Shown here: positions 1 to 13,624 of the stretch, in pieces
How the letters are laid out: every line of letters begins with the position of its first letter
Position numbering within the stretch: the stretch's first letter is position 1
Source of the DNA: Eledone cirrhosa
Lineage: Eukaryota
NCBI GenBank assembly: GCA_964016885.1
Contig: OZ024744.1
Location: 32,426,001 to 32,490,000, forward strand
Direction: 5' to 3'
DNA: 64,000 bases
Made by a program: the position numbers and the translations under genes
Notes under the pieces: generated by a model
The model's database searches: none
What the model was told of the DNA's origin: nothing
The model's input: only the letters and a program-made list of their open reading frames with translations

Positions 1-387
1 ATCAGGCAACTTCCTCTCTGGCCATAGTCTGGTCTACTTCTTCCGATATCCCTTCGGAAGAAGGATAAGAATGGAGAGAGAGGTGCTTGGCCACAGGCAG
101 TTTTATGAAAGGTGGGTGATAGTGGCGAGAATGGCTCGTGTAAATGGGCCTTCTCTGTATACCATCCTGTAGGTAGAGAAATAAAGGAGAGGGGAGCACC
201 TTCTCCATGTGCTCCCCGGGCAAAGGATTGCACACTTTTTCGGGGGTGTGTGCAACCCCCATCACGTCCCCTCCCTTTTGTGGTTATTTTCGATTATTTT
301 CATTTTATACTCTTTCTACTCGATTGTATGTAAACTCCCCCTTTGTATTTGTCCCTTCTTTTTATGCCTTTATGGTAAATAAAGAAA
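1..387 (+). mobile_element. 3' end of a diverged Tx1-like non-LTR retrotransposon
   Basis: Translates to RRIRMEREVLGHRQFYERW...ARVNGPSLYTIL*, homologous to the ORF2 C-terminus ending at 6053. AATAAA at 378 is followed by (TATC)n. Confidence 0.85.
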
Positions 388-389
388 TA

Positions 390-442
<53 letters not shown>

Positions 443-666
443 CTCTATCAGTCGTGTGTCACTTCGCGGAGAAGTTTCCGTTAATTTATGTAAGGAAAAA
501 ACGTGAGTTTTTAGTTCAATTTTATATCATTGTGTAACTTGACCACCCGTCTGGACCTTCAGGTGGTGGGTCAACTCATTTTCGCCCCTTCAGGGGCGGA
601 ATATCCATTTAAAAAATTTTTCTCCATCGAATCTTGGAAAAAATATTGTAAAATTTTGATTACGTT

Positions 667-2583
667 ATGAACGCTGCGTCCAACGATAATGGTGGTGGAG
701 AGGCGGTAAGACTACAAAGCTCGCAGTCAACAACGTCTTCTTCACTAGATACTATAGAGATGGAAAGACAAAATGAAAATAAAAAAACGAATTCACATCC
801 AAACAACACAAATGACACCAAACAGCTCAATGACAACAAAAATAACAGCAAAACCAATAATGATGATAAAAGCAACAATGATAACAACAACAAAGAAAAA
901 AATAAAGACAACGCCAATAACACCAGCATCAAAGACAACAACAACACCAAGGAAAATACGGATGATACCAACATCGGTGACAACAAGAATAACAACAAGA
1001 ATAACAACAATAATGACAACACCACCAATACGGATTCCACAAAGAAACCAAAAATCTCCTTTGCGGAGAAAGTTCAAAAGAAAGAACAATTGATATATCT
1101 CGACATAACAAATGCTGAACACCTTTTAAAGGACGCTAAGAGATATGTCACCTTCGAAAAAAATGGTGCTTTCAGCATCAATTCTCCGGTAGAAATTCGC
1201 AAGGAAACTGCTCTCAAAACGATAGTTTTTAGGACAGTTTCCAATTCTACCCGAAAACCAGTCCAATTGTCACAGAAAGATATTGAACTGGTTTTCAAAG
1301 ATTCAATGAATGATATTGCATTCATTCAAAGAAGCAAACTTTTTGGGAGTATTTCGGTACTGATGAAGGATCAATTGACGGCCCAAAATTACTCTGTGTC
1401 GCCAATTGTATCCAACCTGTACACCTTTTTCCCTACATACATGGGAAAAAGGACACAAAAGATCAGAATCACAAGTGTCACACCAAAGGTGAACATATGG
1501 TGGATACTGTGCGGCTTCATCAATTTTGATGAAGACAGAATACTGTCAGTAGGCAAGTCCCCCAGAGATGTATTCAATGGGACTAGCATTGAAGTTCTGG
1601 TGCAAATGAGCCCAGAGCGAATAGCTATGATCCCACAGCGTGTACTCCTGGACGGACTTACCTACATAAACCTTTCGGTTGAGGGTAGGCGGCCTTCATG
1701 TTACCATTGCTTTAGCAGGGGTCACCTGAGGGCTTCCTGTCCTAAACTAATGAACCAAAAAAAGGCTCTTCTGCCAACACCCATCAAAACAACACAACCA
1801 CCAACACCACCACTACAACAACAACACCAACACACAAAAATAACCACAACAAACACAGTCCCACCCAACCTCACTCCACCTAAAACCACTGCAAAATCAC
1901 ATACAGACACAACAGCTCCCCAAGACATTCCCCTCCCCAATCACACAGACGATACAACAGATGAGGCTATCTCGCCATCACCCAGTGAAGACGAGGGAGA
2001 ACCCCATCGCTCGAAAAGAAAGAAAAGACATCACAAAAGCAAAAAACCAGCAAACACTACCACAAACATACAACCACCAACACAAACAACAAAAATATCA
2101 CAAACAAAACCCCCACCTCCTGAAAACAAAATACCTACAACAAAACGAAAGCACACACAAGAACTACAGACAAAAACAAACACAACACAAGAAAATTACA
2201 CTTACACTTACATAAACACTGAAAACAAAACACTAATGGAGACCATTACGAACGACCCTTCGGTTTTCACCGAAGGGAAAACTTTCGCCCACTCTATAAA
2301 AAATAGCAAAAAAATGAACCTAAAACTGATTAGGGTCCCTATACAAACTTATAGGTCCCTAAAAGAAACATTTGAGAAGGATGTGGGGAATTCCTGCGTG
2401 AAACCACTCAACCGCGTCCTTCTCAAATGCCTCCCCACCCCAGACACCCCCATTCCACCAGACCCCACCCCACCAAACATCTGCGTCCCCACCCCGCCGG
2501 AAACCACCACCCATCCAGACAACCCCTCCAACACCCCCATGGAAATCGTGCGGCCTGGTCCCCAGGAGGCGAAGGGTGAGTGA
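667..2583 (+). CDS. ORF1 gag-like nucleic-acid-binding protein (638 aa)
   Basis: CX2CX4HX4C zinc knuckle CYHCFSRGHLRASC; Asn-rich N-terminus, Pro/Thr-rich C-terminus; lies upstream of APE-RT. Confidence 0.88.
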   Translation: MNAASNDNGGGEAVRLQSSQSTTSSSLDTIEMERQNENKKTNSHPNNTNDTKQLNDNKNNSKTNNDDKSNNDNNNKEKNKDNANNTSIKDNNNTKENTDDTNIGDNKNNNKNNNNNDNTTNTDSTKKPKISFAEKVQKKEQLIYLDITNAEHLLKDAKRYVTFEKNGAFSINSPVEIRKETALKTIVFRTVSNSTRKPVQLSQKDIELVFKDSMNDIAFIQRSKLFGSISVLMKDQLTAQNYSVSPIVSNLYTFFPTYMGKRTQKIRITSVTPKVNIWWILCGFINFDEDRILSVGKSPRDVFNGTSIEVLVQMSPERIAMIPQRVLLDGLTYINLSVEGRRPSCYHCFSRGHLRASCPKLMNQKKALLPTPIKTTQPPTPPLQQQHQHTKITTTNTVPPNLTPPKTTAKSHTDTTAPQDIPLPNHTDDTTDEAISPSPSEDEGEPHRSKRKKRHHKSKKPANTTTNIQPPTQTTKISQTKPPPPENKIPTTKRKHTQELQTKTNTTQENYTYTYINTENKTLMETITNDPSVFTEGKTFAHSIKNSKKMNLKLIRVPIQTYRSLKETFEKDVGNSCVKPLNRVLLKCLPTPDTPIPPDPTPPNICVPTPPETTTHPDNPSNTPMEIVRPGPQEAKGE

Positions 2584-2616
2584 TCTCTTTTCCTCTTTTA
2601 ACTTTTCAGCACCAAC

Positions 2617-5600
2617 ATGGCCAATATAAGAGTTGGATGTGTGAACGTACGCGGCCTGGGGATGCCCTGGAAACAGGGCAAACTCTTAAACGACCTCAGG
2701 TCGCACAGTTTGGATGTGGTAGCCATTTGCGAGTCCAGGATCCACGGCGAGCGACAGCTGGCCCCCATCTTCGATGACTTTGAGATCTACGCATCTCTCT
2801 GTCAACCGGGGGGTGGGGGCGGAGTTGCCGTTTTGCTGCGGAAACACCTGGGCCTCGTAACACAGACGGTACATCTGGACCCGGGGGTCGACTGGTGGTC
2901 CTAGACGTTGACGGTAGTGAAGGTGGAGCGTTCAGGCTGGTGGCCGCATATGCCCCATCCGGGACACCGCGGCCAGACTTCTTCAAACGTCTAGAGACTT
3001 TTCTGGGAACGTCCCGCTCCTTGCTTTTAGTGGGGGACTGGAATGGAATCCTAGATGCACGTTGGGACTATGTGGGAGCATGTCCCGATAAAGGGGGGTG
3101 TAACAGCCTCAAACAGTTAATCGACCGATTTGACCTGGCCGATAGATATCGACTAGATTTTCCGACTGCGCCACTGTGGACGTGGAGTAATCGTAGCGGA
3201 ACATCTAGATCGTACCTAGATAGGGTTCTAGTTAGAAATAAGGATAGGGACATGTTAAGCTGTCCACAAATGTTCATGGTTGCCTATTCAGATCACAAAC
3301 TAGTGACCTGCATGGCCAACCTTGATAGAACCCATAGACAAGGACCCGGCTACTGGAAGCTGAACTTGTCGTTACCGACAAGCAAAGCCTACAGTAGACG
3401 GATTAGCACTTTAGTTAAACAGCACTTGACAGGGGCCATTGTCAACAACAGATGGTGGTACTCTCTCAAGAGGGCAGTTAGATTAGACTCGATAGTTTTT
3501 AGTAAAGAATTAGCGTTAGATAGAAATAGAACCGAGAAGGAACTGGTAGATAAAGTAGAAGAGGCTATTAGAAGTGGCAACGTAGCCAGCGTGCTAGCAA
3601 CGAGAACGGCCTTGGACCAGTTCTTCGACGCAAAGCACGAGGGCTGCGTTGTCAGAAGCAAAATACGTGCTCTGGGAAACGAGGGAGCCAAAGCTGTTAG
3701 CTGGGCCCGAGTGACGGAGGCAAAAAGTGGCAACAAGTCCACGATTCGGTCTTTGAAGGACCAAAACGGACGCGTGATACGTGAGCCGAAGCAGATGTGT
3801 GCGGCTTTTCAGCGGCACTTTGCTCGGCTGTTCGGGGGGAGCGGCGCGCCGGGAGAGGCTATGGATTTCGGTCCATACCTCGACGGCCTACCGCGACTCT
3901 CGGACAGCGAGGCGAAGTTCTGCGAAAAGCCGATTTCAGCCACTGAGATAGGGGACGCGCTGAGCCAATGCGGCAAACGCAAATCTCCAGGTCTCGACGG
4001 TCTACCCTACGAATTTTACGTAGCAATGCCGGACTTATTCTCCGGTCTCCTGGAAGCGGTCTACTGCAACTGGCAACAGAACGGGAGAATTCCCAATTCT
4101 GTAACCGGGGGCGTGGTCACACTAATCAGGAAGGACGAGAATAAGGGGGATGACATAGGAAACTTCCGGCCCATAACTCTGCTAAACACAGAGTTACAGA
4201 TTTTGGCCAAGGTGTTGGCAAAGAGGCTGGCGCTTGTCGTCGAGAACCTGGTGGGAGAAGCGCAGACATGCGCGATCCCGACCAGGTCCATACACGACAA
4301 CCTCCACCTCATGCGATACATCATAGAGAGGGTAGGGTGTAAACCCGGCTTCGGTGGGGCCCTGATCAACTTGGATCAGTCTAAGGCTTTCGATAGGGTT
4401 GACCATCGTTACCTGGATGCGGTGCTCGAGGCGGCAGGCTTCGGACCCGTGTTCAGGGGCTGGATTGCTGCAATGCACAACAGCAACATCTGCTCAAGGG
4501 TCAAGGTGAACGGTTACCTCTCGGAGCCGTTCCATATTACGCGATCCATTCGACAGGGATGCCCTCTCTCCTCCCTTCTGTACGTACTGACTCTCGAGCC
4601 ACTACTGCGGAAGCTGGAGCTATTGCAGGGCATCCCTCTGGAACCGGGATTGCGGAAAGCGGCGTCGGCCTACGCCGACGACGTGACAGTAATGGTGTCG
4701 AGCGCCTCGCAAATCGAGGAAGTCGGCACCTTACTAAAGGAATACGAAAGTCTCACAGGAGCGAAGCTGAACCGGGACAAGTCCATCGGTTTGCAACTCG
4801 GATCGTGGAGAGGCAGACCGATGCCTTCCGATGGCGTCGTCGGACGCTGGACGGAAGGACCGGTAAAGCTGCTCGGGGTCTGGTTTGGTCCGGACCTCCA
4901 GGTGGAGAAGAACTGGAACGAAGTGACGGCCAAGGTGTTTGCACTCACCCAGAAGTGGGCCGAGTGCAAACTATCCTTGAAAGGTCGAGCGGAGGTGGCG
5001 AACACTTTTATAGCGTCCGCCATCTACTACCGCTTGACCGTCGTGCCTTGTCCAGCCAAAACGCTCGCCAAAATGGAGCGCGCCCTCTTCCGATTCCTTT
5101 CGAAGAGGCGGGCTCCTTTGGTAAGAAGATCCATCTGCTGCCAACACCCTTCTAACGGAGGGCTGGGGATGCCGTGGTTGACGATGCGCAAACACGCGCT
5201 CAGGCTGCGGCATCTCTACGTATTCCTCACCGGACAACCGGTGTGGGCCCCGTTCGTGAGGCGAGCCTTCCCACGACTCGTCTCGCTGACCGAGCTGCAG
5301 TCCTGGGTCAAGCAGAGACCGAGGAAAATGGGCGACTGGCACATCGAATGTGCTCAGGCGCTCACAGCCCTCTGGCAGGCGGACCCGGCGGTCAGTGGAG
5401 ACTCCATTTCGTCATTCTATAGAGGGTTGGTCCGCAGCAAGTGCGACGACGCGCTCGGTGAAACTCTAGGCGTGGAGGAAGATGAACTGGCCAGTCTGTT
5501 CGGTAGGACCTTCCGCCCGGGACCGATGGACAACTTCCAAAAGTCCCTGGCCTGGCAGTGCTACCGAGGAGCTCTACCAGTTCGAGACAAGCTCTACAGA

Positions 5601-6053
5601 CATGGGCGCCCGGGCAGGGACCCTGCAAAAAAGATCTGTCCGAGGTGCGTGCGAGACGAAGAAACCGTCGCGCACGCATTCATACACTGCCCGGGCGTCA
5701 CTGACCTGTGGGGCTATGTGGAACGACTATTGTCGCGGGTGGGACCAATCCAGTTGACCACCGAGTCCATTGTCATGATCAAACCGCCACCCTCCTTCAA
5801 AAACGAAGGAGAGGCGGTTTTCCTTTGTGTGATAGCTATGGCGAAAGAGGTTGTATGGTGGACAAGGTTGAAAGGGCTGAGGTCAGACACCTTTCTCTCC
5901 GGCCAACAACTGATTCTTTTTTTCAAATACCACTTTGGAAGAAGAATCAGGATGGAGAGAGAGGTGCTGTACCCCAGCAAGTTTTATGAAAGGTGGGTGA
6001 AAGTGGCGAGAATGGCCCGAGTGAATGGGCCTTCTCTCTATATCAGACTGTAG
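2617..6053 (+). CDS. ORF2 polyprotein: APE endonuclease, reverse transcriptase, C-terminal Cys/His motif; one frameshift near 2885
   Basis: NVRG, CES, GDWN, SYLD, SDH (APE); PGLDG, RPITLLN, KAFD, RQGCPLS, YADD (RT); CPRC...HAFIHC. Copy A reads CCGGGGGTC where copy B reads CCGGAGGGTC, so a 1-bp deletion splits the frame. Confidence 0.92.
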
Positions 6054-6525
6054 GTTGAGGAAAAGGAGGAGGAGAGGAAAGGAGTACAAGCTCTTCGTAC
6101 TCCTGGAGATGAGGGTTGCACATTTTTTTCGGGGGTCTGTGTTACCCATATAAACTGTCTCCCTCTATTGGGGAAAATCGACTAACTTTTAAATTCCATC
6201 TGTGATAACATTTTACACGTTTTTATTGTATGTAAACTTCCCCCTTTGTATTTGTCCCCTTCTTTTGTGCCCCTGTGGCTAATAAAGAAATATATCTATC
6301 TCTCTATCAGACGTGTGTAACTTCGCGGAGAAGTTTCCGTTAATTTATGTAAGAAAAAAACGTGAGTTTTTAGTTAAATTTTATATCATTGTGTAACTTG
6401 ACCCCCCGTCTGAACGTTCAGGTGGTGGGTCAACTCATTTTCGCCCCTACAGGGGCGGAATATCCATTTAAAAATTTTTTCTCCATCGAATCTTTGAAAA
6501 AATATTGTAAAATTTTGATTACGTT

Positions 6526-8441
6526 ATGAACGCAGCGTCCAACGATAATGGTTGTGGAGAGGCGGTAAGACTACAAAGCTCGCAGTCAACAACGTCTTTT
6601 TCACTAGATACTATAGAGATGGAAAGACAAAATGAAAATGTAAAAACGAATTCATATCCAAATAACACAAATGACACCAAACAGTTCAATGACAACAAAA
6701 ATAACAGCAAAACCAATAATGATGATAAAAGCAACAATGATAACAACAACAAAGAAAAAAATAAAGACAACGCCAATAACACCAGCATCAAAGACAACAA
6801 CAACACCAAGGAAAATACGGATGATACCAACATCGGTGACAACAAGAATAACAACAACAATAACAACAATAATAACAACACCACCAATACGGATTCCACA
6901 AAGAAACCAAAAATCTCCTTTGCAGAGAAAGTTCAAAAGAAAGAACAATTGATATATCTCGACATAACAAATGCTGAACAACTTTTAAAGGACGCTAAGA
7001 GATATGTCACTTTCGAAAAAAATGGTGCTTTCAGCATCAATTCTCCGGTAGAAATTCGCAAGGAAACTGCTCTCAGAACGATAGATTTTAGGACAGTTTC
7101 CAATTCTACCCGAAAACCAGTCCAATTGTCACAGAAAGAAATTGAACTGGTTTTCAAAAATTCAATGAATGATATTGCATTCATTCAAAGAAGCAAACTT
7201 TTTGGGAGTATTTCGGTACTCATGAAGGATAAATTGACGGCCCAAAATTACTCTGTGTCGCAAATTGTATCCAACCTGTACATCTTTTTCCCTACATACA
7301 TGGGAAAAAGGACACAAAAGATCAGAATCACGAGTGTCACACCAAAGGTGAACATATGGTGGATACTGTGCGGCTTCATCAATTTTGATGAAGACAGAAT
7401 ACTGTCAGTAGGAAAGCCCCCCAGATTTGTATTCAATGGGACTAGCGTTGAAGTTCTGGTGCAAATGAGCCCAGAGCGAATAGCTATGATCCCACAGCGT
7501 GTACTCCTGGACGGACTCACCTACATAAACCTTTCGGTTGAGGGTAGGCGGCCTTCCTGTTACCATTGCTTTAGCAGGGGTCACCTGAGGGCTTCCTGTC
7601 CTAAACTAATGAACCAAAAAAAGGCTCTTCTGCCGACACCCATCAAAACAACACAACCACCAACACCACCACAAAAACAACAACACCAACACACAAAAAT
7701 AACCACAACAAACACAGTCCCACCCAACCCCACTCCACCTAAAACCACTGCAAAATCACATACAGACACAACAGCTCCCCAAGACATACCCCTCCCCAAT
7801 CACACAGACGATACAACAGATGAGGCTATCTCGCCATCACCCAGTGAAGACGAGGGAGAACCCCATCGCTCGAAAAGAAGAAAAGACATCACAAAAGCAA
7901 AAAACCAGCAAACACTACCACAAACATACAACCACCAACACAAACAACAAAAATATCACAAACAAAACCCCCACGTCCTGAAAACAAAATACCTACAACA
8001 AAACGAAAGCACACACAAGAACTACAGACAAAAACAAACACAACACAAGAAAATTACACTCACACTTACATAAACACTGAAAACAAAACACTAATGGAGA
8101 CCATCACGAACGACCCTTCGGTTTTCACCGAAGGGAAAACTTTCGCCCACTCTATTAAAAATAACAAAAAACTGAACCTAAAACTGATTAGGGTCCCTAT
8201 ACAAACTTATAGGTCCCTAAAAGAAACATTTGAGAAGGATGTGGGTAATTCCTGCGTGAAACCACTCAACCGCGTCCTTCTCAAATGCCTCCCCACCCCA
8301 GACACCCCCATCCCACCAGACCCCACCCCACCAAACATCTGCATCCCCACCCCGCCGGAAACCACCACCCATCCAGACAACCCCTCCAACACCCCCATGG
8401 AAATCGTGCGGCCTGGTCCCCAGGAGGCGAAGGGTGAGTGA
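6526..8441 (+). pseudogene. ORF1 of copy B, frameshifted near 7877
   Basis: AAAAGAAGAAAAG versus AAAAGAAAGAAAAG in copy A; split into ORFs 6526-8073 and 8094-8441. Confidence 0.88.
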
Positions 8442-8474
8442 TCTCTTTTCCTCTTTTAACTTTTCAGCACCAAC

Positions 8475-11400
8475 ATGGCCAATATAAGAGTTGGATGTGT
8501 GAACGTACGCGGCCTGGGGATGCCCTGGAAACAGGGCAAACTCTTAAACGACCTCAGGTCGCACAGTATGGATGTGGTAGCCATTTGCGAGTCCAGGATC
8601 CACAGCGAGCGACAGCTGGCCCCCATCTTCGATGACTTTGAGATCTACGCATCTCTCTGTCAACCGGGGGGTGGGGGCGGAGTTGCCGTTTTGCTGCGGA
8701 AACACCTGGGCCTCGTAACACAGACGGTACATCTGGACCCGGAGGGTCGACTGGTGGTCCTAGACGTTGACGGTAGTGAAGGTGGAGCCTTCAGGCTGGT
8801 GGCCGCATATGCCCCATCCGGGACACCGCGGCCAGACTTCTTCAAACGTCTAGAGACTTTTCTGGGAACGTCCCGCTCCTTGCTTTTAGTGGGGGACTGG
8901 AATGGAATACTAGATGCATGTTGGGACTATGTGGGAGCATGTCCCGATAAAGGGGGGTGTAACAGCCTCAAACAGTTAATCGACCGATTTGACCTGGCCG
9001 ATAGATATCGACTAGATTTTCCGACTGCGCCACTGTGGACGTGGAGTAATCGTAGCGGAACATCTAGATCGTACCTAGATAGGGTTCTAGTTAGAAATAA
9101 GGATAGGGACATGTTAAGCTGTCCACAAATGTTCATGGTTGCCTATTCAGATCACAAACTAGTGACCTGCATGGCCAAACTTGATAGAACCCATAGACAA
9201 GGACCCGGCTACTGGAAGCTGAACTTGTCGTTGCCGACAAGCAAAGCCTACAGTAGACGGATTAGCACTTTAGTTAAACAGCACTTGACAGGGGCCATTG
9301 TCAACAACAGATGATGGTACTCTCTCAAGAGGGCAGTTAGATTAGACTCGATAGTTTTTAGTAAAGAATTAGCGTTAGATAGAAATAGAACCGAGAAGGA
9401 ACTGGTAGATAAAGTAGAAGAGGCAATTAGAAGTGGCAACGTAGCCAGCGTGCTAGCAACGAGAACGGCCTTGGACCGGTTCTTCGACGCAAAGCACGAG
9501 GGCTGCGTTGTCAGAAGAAAAATACGTGCTCTGGGAAACGAGGGAGCCAAAGCTGTTAGCTGGGCCCGAGTGACGGAGGCAAAAAGTGGCAACAAGTCCA
9601 CGATTCGGTCTTTGAAGGACCAAAACGGACGCGTGATACGTGTGCCGAAGCAGATGTGTGCGGCTTTTCAGCAGCACCTTGCTCGGCTGTTTGGGGGGAG
9701 CGGCGCGCCGGGAGAGGCTATGGATTTCGGTCCATACCTCGACGGCCTACCGCGACTCTCGAACAGCGAGGCGAAGTTCTGCGAAAAGCCGATTTCAGCC
9801 ACTGAGATAGGGGACGCGCTGAGCCAATGCGGCAAACGCAAATCTCTAGGTCTCGACGGTCTACCCTACGAATTTTACGTAGCAATGCCGGACTTATTCT
9901 CCGGTCTCCTGGAAGCGGTCTATTGCAACTGGCAACAGAACGGGAGAATTCCCAGTTCTGTAACCGGGGGCGTGGTCACACTAATCAGGAAGGACGAGAA
10001 TAAGGGGGATGACATAGGCAACTTCCGGCTCATAACTCTGCTAAACACAGAGTTACAGATTTTGGCCAAGGTGTTGTCAAAGAGGCTGGCGCTTGTCGTC
10101 GAGAACCTGGTGGGAGAAGCGCAGACATGCGCAATCCCGACCAGGTCCATACACGACTACCTCCACCTCATGCGATACATCATAGAGAGGGTAGGGTGTA
10201 AACCCGGCTTCGGTGGGGCCCTGATCAACTTGGATCAGTCTAAGGCTTTCGATAGGGTTGACCATCGCTACCTGGATGCGGTGCTCGAGGCGGCAGGCTT
10301 CGGACCCGTGTTCAGGGGCTGGATTGCTGCAATGCACAACAGCAACATCTGCTCAGGGGTCAAGATGAACGGCTACCTCTCGGAGCCGTTCCATATTACG
10401 CGATCCATTCGACAGGGATGCTCTCTCTCCTCCCTTCTGTACGTACTGACTCTCGAGCCACTACTGCGGAAGCTGGAGCTATTGCAGGACATCCCTCTGG
10501 AACCGGGACTGCGGAAAGCGGCGTCGGCTTACGCCGACGACGTGACAGTAATGGTGTCGAGCGCCTCGAAAGTCGAGGAAGTCGGCACCTTACTGAAGGA
10601 ATACGAAAGTGTCACAGGAGCGAAGCTGAACCGGGACAAGTCCATCGGTTTGCAACTCGGATCGTGGAGAGGCAGACCGATGCCTTCCGATGGCGTCGTC
10701 GGACGCTGGACGGAAGGACCGGTAAAGCTGCTCGGGGTCTGGTTTGGTCCGGACCTCCAGGTGGAGAAGAACTGGAACGAAGTGACGGCCATGGTGTTTG
10801 CACTCACCCAGAAGTGGGCCGAGTGCAAACTATCCTTGAAAGGTCGAGCGGAGGTGGCGAACACTTTTATAGCGTCCACCATCTACTACCGCTTGACCGT
10901 CGTGCCTTGTCCAGCCAAAACGCTCGCCAAAATGGAGCGCGCGTTCTTCCGATTCCTTTCGAAGAGGCGGGCTCCTTTGGTGAGAAGATCCATCTGCTGC
11001 CAACACCCTTCTAACGGAGGGCTGGGGATGCCGTGGTTGACGATGCGCAAACACGCGCTCAGGCTGCGGCATCTCTACGTATTCCTCACCGGACAACCGG
11101 TGTGGGCCCCGTTCGTGAGGCGAACCTTCCCACGACTCGTCTCGCTGACCGAGCTGCAGTCCTGGGTCAAGCAAAGACCGAGGAAAATGGGCGACTGGCA
11201 CATCGAATGTGCTCAGGCGCTCACAGCCCTCTGGCAGGCGGACCCGGCGAGCAGTGGAGACTCCACTTCGTCATTCTATAGAGGGTTGGTCCGCAGTAAG
11301 TGCGACGACGCGCTCGGTGAAACTCTAGGCGTAGAGGAAGATGAACTGGCCAGTTTGTTCGGTAGGACCTTCCGCCCGGGCCGATAGACAACTTCCAAAA

Positions 11401-11910
11401 TCCCTGGCCTGGCAATGCTACCGAGGAGCTCTACCAGTTCGAGACAAGCTCTACAGACATGGGCGCCCGGGCAGGGACCCTACAAAAAAAATCTGTCCAA
11501 GGTGCGTGCGAGACGAAGAAGCCGTCGCGCACGCATTCATACACTGCCCGGGCGTCACTGACCTGTGGGGCTATGTTGAACGACTATTGTCGCGGGTGGG
11601 ACCAATCCAGTTGACCACCGAGTCCATTGTCATGATCAAACCCCCACCCTCCTTCAAAAACGAAGGAGAGGCGGTTTTCCTTTGTGTGATAGCTATGGCG
11701 AAAGAGGTTGTATGGTGGACAAGGTTGAAAGGGCTGAAGTCAGACACCTTTCTCTCCGGCCAACAACGGATTCTTTTTTTCAAATACCACTTTGGAAGAA
11801 GAATCAGGATGGAGAGAGAGGTGCTGTACCCCAGCAAGTTTTATGAAAGGTGGGTGAAAGTGGCGAGAATGGCCCGAGTGAATGGGCCTTCTCTCTATAT
11901 CAGCCTGTAG
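8475..11910 (+). pseudogene. ORF2 of copy B (APE-RT), disrupted
   Basis: TGG>TGA stop at 9312-9314 and a 1-bp deletion near 11380 relative to copy A; YADD retained. Confidence 0.9.
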
Positions 11911-12151
11911 GTTGAGGAAAAGGAGGAGGAGAGGAAAGGAGTACAAGCTCTTCGTACTCCTGGAGATGAGGGTTGCACATTTTTTTTCGGGGTTATGTGT
12001 TACCCATATGTAATGTCTCCTTCTATTGGGGAAAATCGACTAACTTTTTAAATTCCATTTGTGATAACATTTTACACGTTTTTATTGTATGTAGACTTCC
12101 CCCTTTGTATTTGTCCCCTTCTTTTGTGCCCCTGTGGCTAATAAAGAAATA

Positions 12152-12294
<143 letters not shown>

Positions 12295-12754
12295 AAAAGG
12301 TAAACAGAAATAACAACACAATCGGTATAAATACATACATACATACAAAAGTAGTGAGTGTAAGCCCATCAGTTCTAACAGGCAGGGTTGTTATTATCAT
12401 TTGCCACCACATAGTTACACTTTGTTTCTACAAACAATTGATACTTGACTTCTGGGTTCAAATCCCATCGGGGTAAACTTCACCTTTCAGCCTTCCGTGG
12501 TCGATTACATAAAGTAATGGTTGAATATCGTACTCCCTTTTTGTCAAGATTGACAATAAAGATGCACTAAGAAAGTTCCCTCCGATGCATAAGCCTGGGT
12601 AAGTTTGGTCATGGAAGACCAGCAGTTACTCTTTCATACCAGTCCACCTCGCCATGCCAACTTTGTTGTCCAAGAGGAAGGCAATGGACGATACAGCTTC
12701 ATACCAGTGACGTTTACAACATATATATATATACACTATGTACAATATATATGT

Positions 12755-12854
<100 letters not shown>

Positions 12855-13029
12855 GTGTATGCATATGTATTTATATATATATAACGAAGGAGGTGTGGTA
12901 AGGAACCAGGTGGACCATAACGCATCAGAGTACTCAATACTTTGGGTAGTAGAGTGGGTAATAGGAAAATATATATATCTGTGTGTGTGTGTGTGTGTGT
13001 ACACCATATATATATATACTATATGCGAT

Positions 13030-13230
13030 GTTGATGTTGTCAAAGGGAAAGGTAATGGCCGATACAGCTTGCCACCAGTGACGTGAAACTCATTTCTACA
13101 ACTGAGTGAACTGGAGCAACGTGAGTGAAATAAAGTGTTTTATTCAAGAACACAACGCACTGCCAGATCCGGGATTCGAACTGACCACCTTACGTATGTG
13201 ATCCTTCTCTAATCATTAAGCCGTGAGCCT
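13030..13230 (-). mobile_element. tRNA-derived SINE remnant with CORE-like segment
   Basis: Minus strand reads box B GTTCGAATCCC followed by GCGTTGTGTTCTTGAATAAAACACTT; related downstream part also at 12570-12715. Confidence 0.55.
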
Positions 13231-13311
13231 TCATCAGTTCAATCCAGTCGTCAATATAACCGATTTTCTTCTCCCCGCAGGTTAACGGTTTCAACCGAGA
13301 TTAGAAATATC

Positions 13312-13312
13312 C

Positions 13313-13369
<57 letters not shown>

Positions 13370-13386
13370 TTCTTCTTCTTCTTCTT

Positions 13387-13449
<63 letters not shown>

Positions 13450-13575
13450 GTTGTTGTTGTTGTTGTTGTTGTTCTTCTTCTTCTTCTTCTTCTTCTTCTT
13501 CTGCTTCTTCTTCTTCTTCTTCTTCTTCTTCTTCTTCTTCTTCTTCTTCTTCTTCTTCTTCTTCTTCTTCTTCTT
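13312..13575. repeat. Compound trinucleotide microsatellite (ATT)n(CTT)n(ATT)n(GTT)n(CTT)n
   Basis: Direct reading. Confidence 0.95.
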
Positions 13576-13624
13576 TCTTTTTTATGTGTAAATGTATTTT
13601 TGCACGTTTTCTTCTTCATAATAT

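Larger units (their letters stand above)
450..6290 (+). mobile_element. Tx1-clade (L1-type) non-LTR retrotransposon, copy A, near full length
   Basis: 5'UTR, ORF1 with CCHC knuckle, ORF2 APE-RT-Zn, 3'UTR ending AATAAAGAAA then TATATCTATC. Collinear with and nearly identical to 6309-12149. Confidence 0.93.
6309..12149 (+). mobile_element. Tx1-clade retrotransposon, copy B, defective
   Basis: Same 5' start (TCTCTATC|AG-CGTGTGT) and 3' end as copy A; followed by (TATC)n then (TA)n. Confidence 0.93.

Noticed and set aside
660-11837. Antisense and alternate-frame ORFs over the Tx1 elements
   Set aside because: Shadows of ORF1/ORF2 composition; no motifs.
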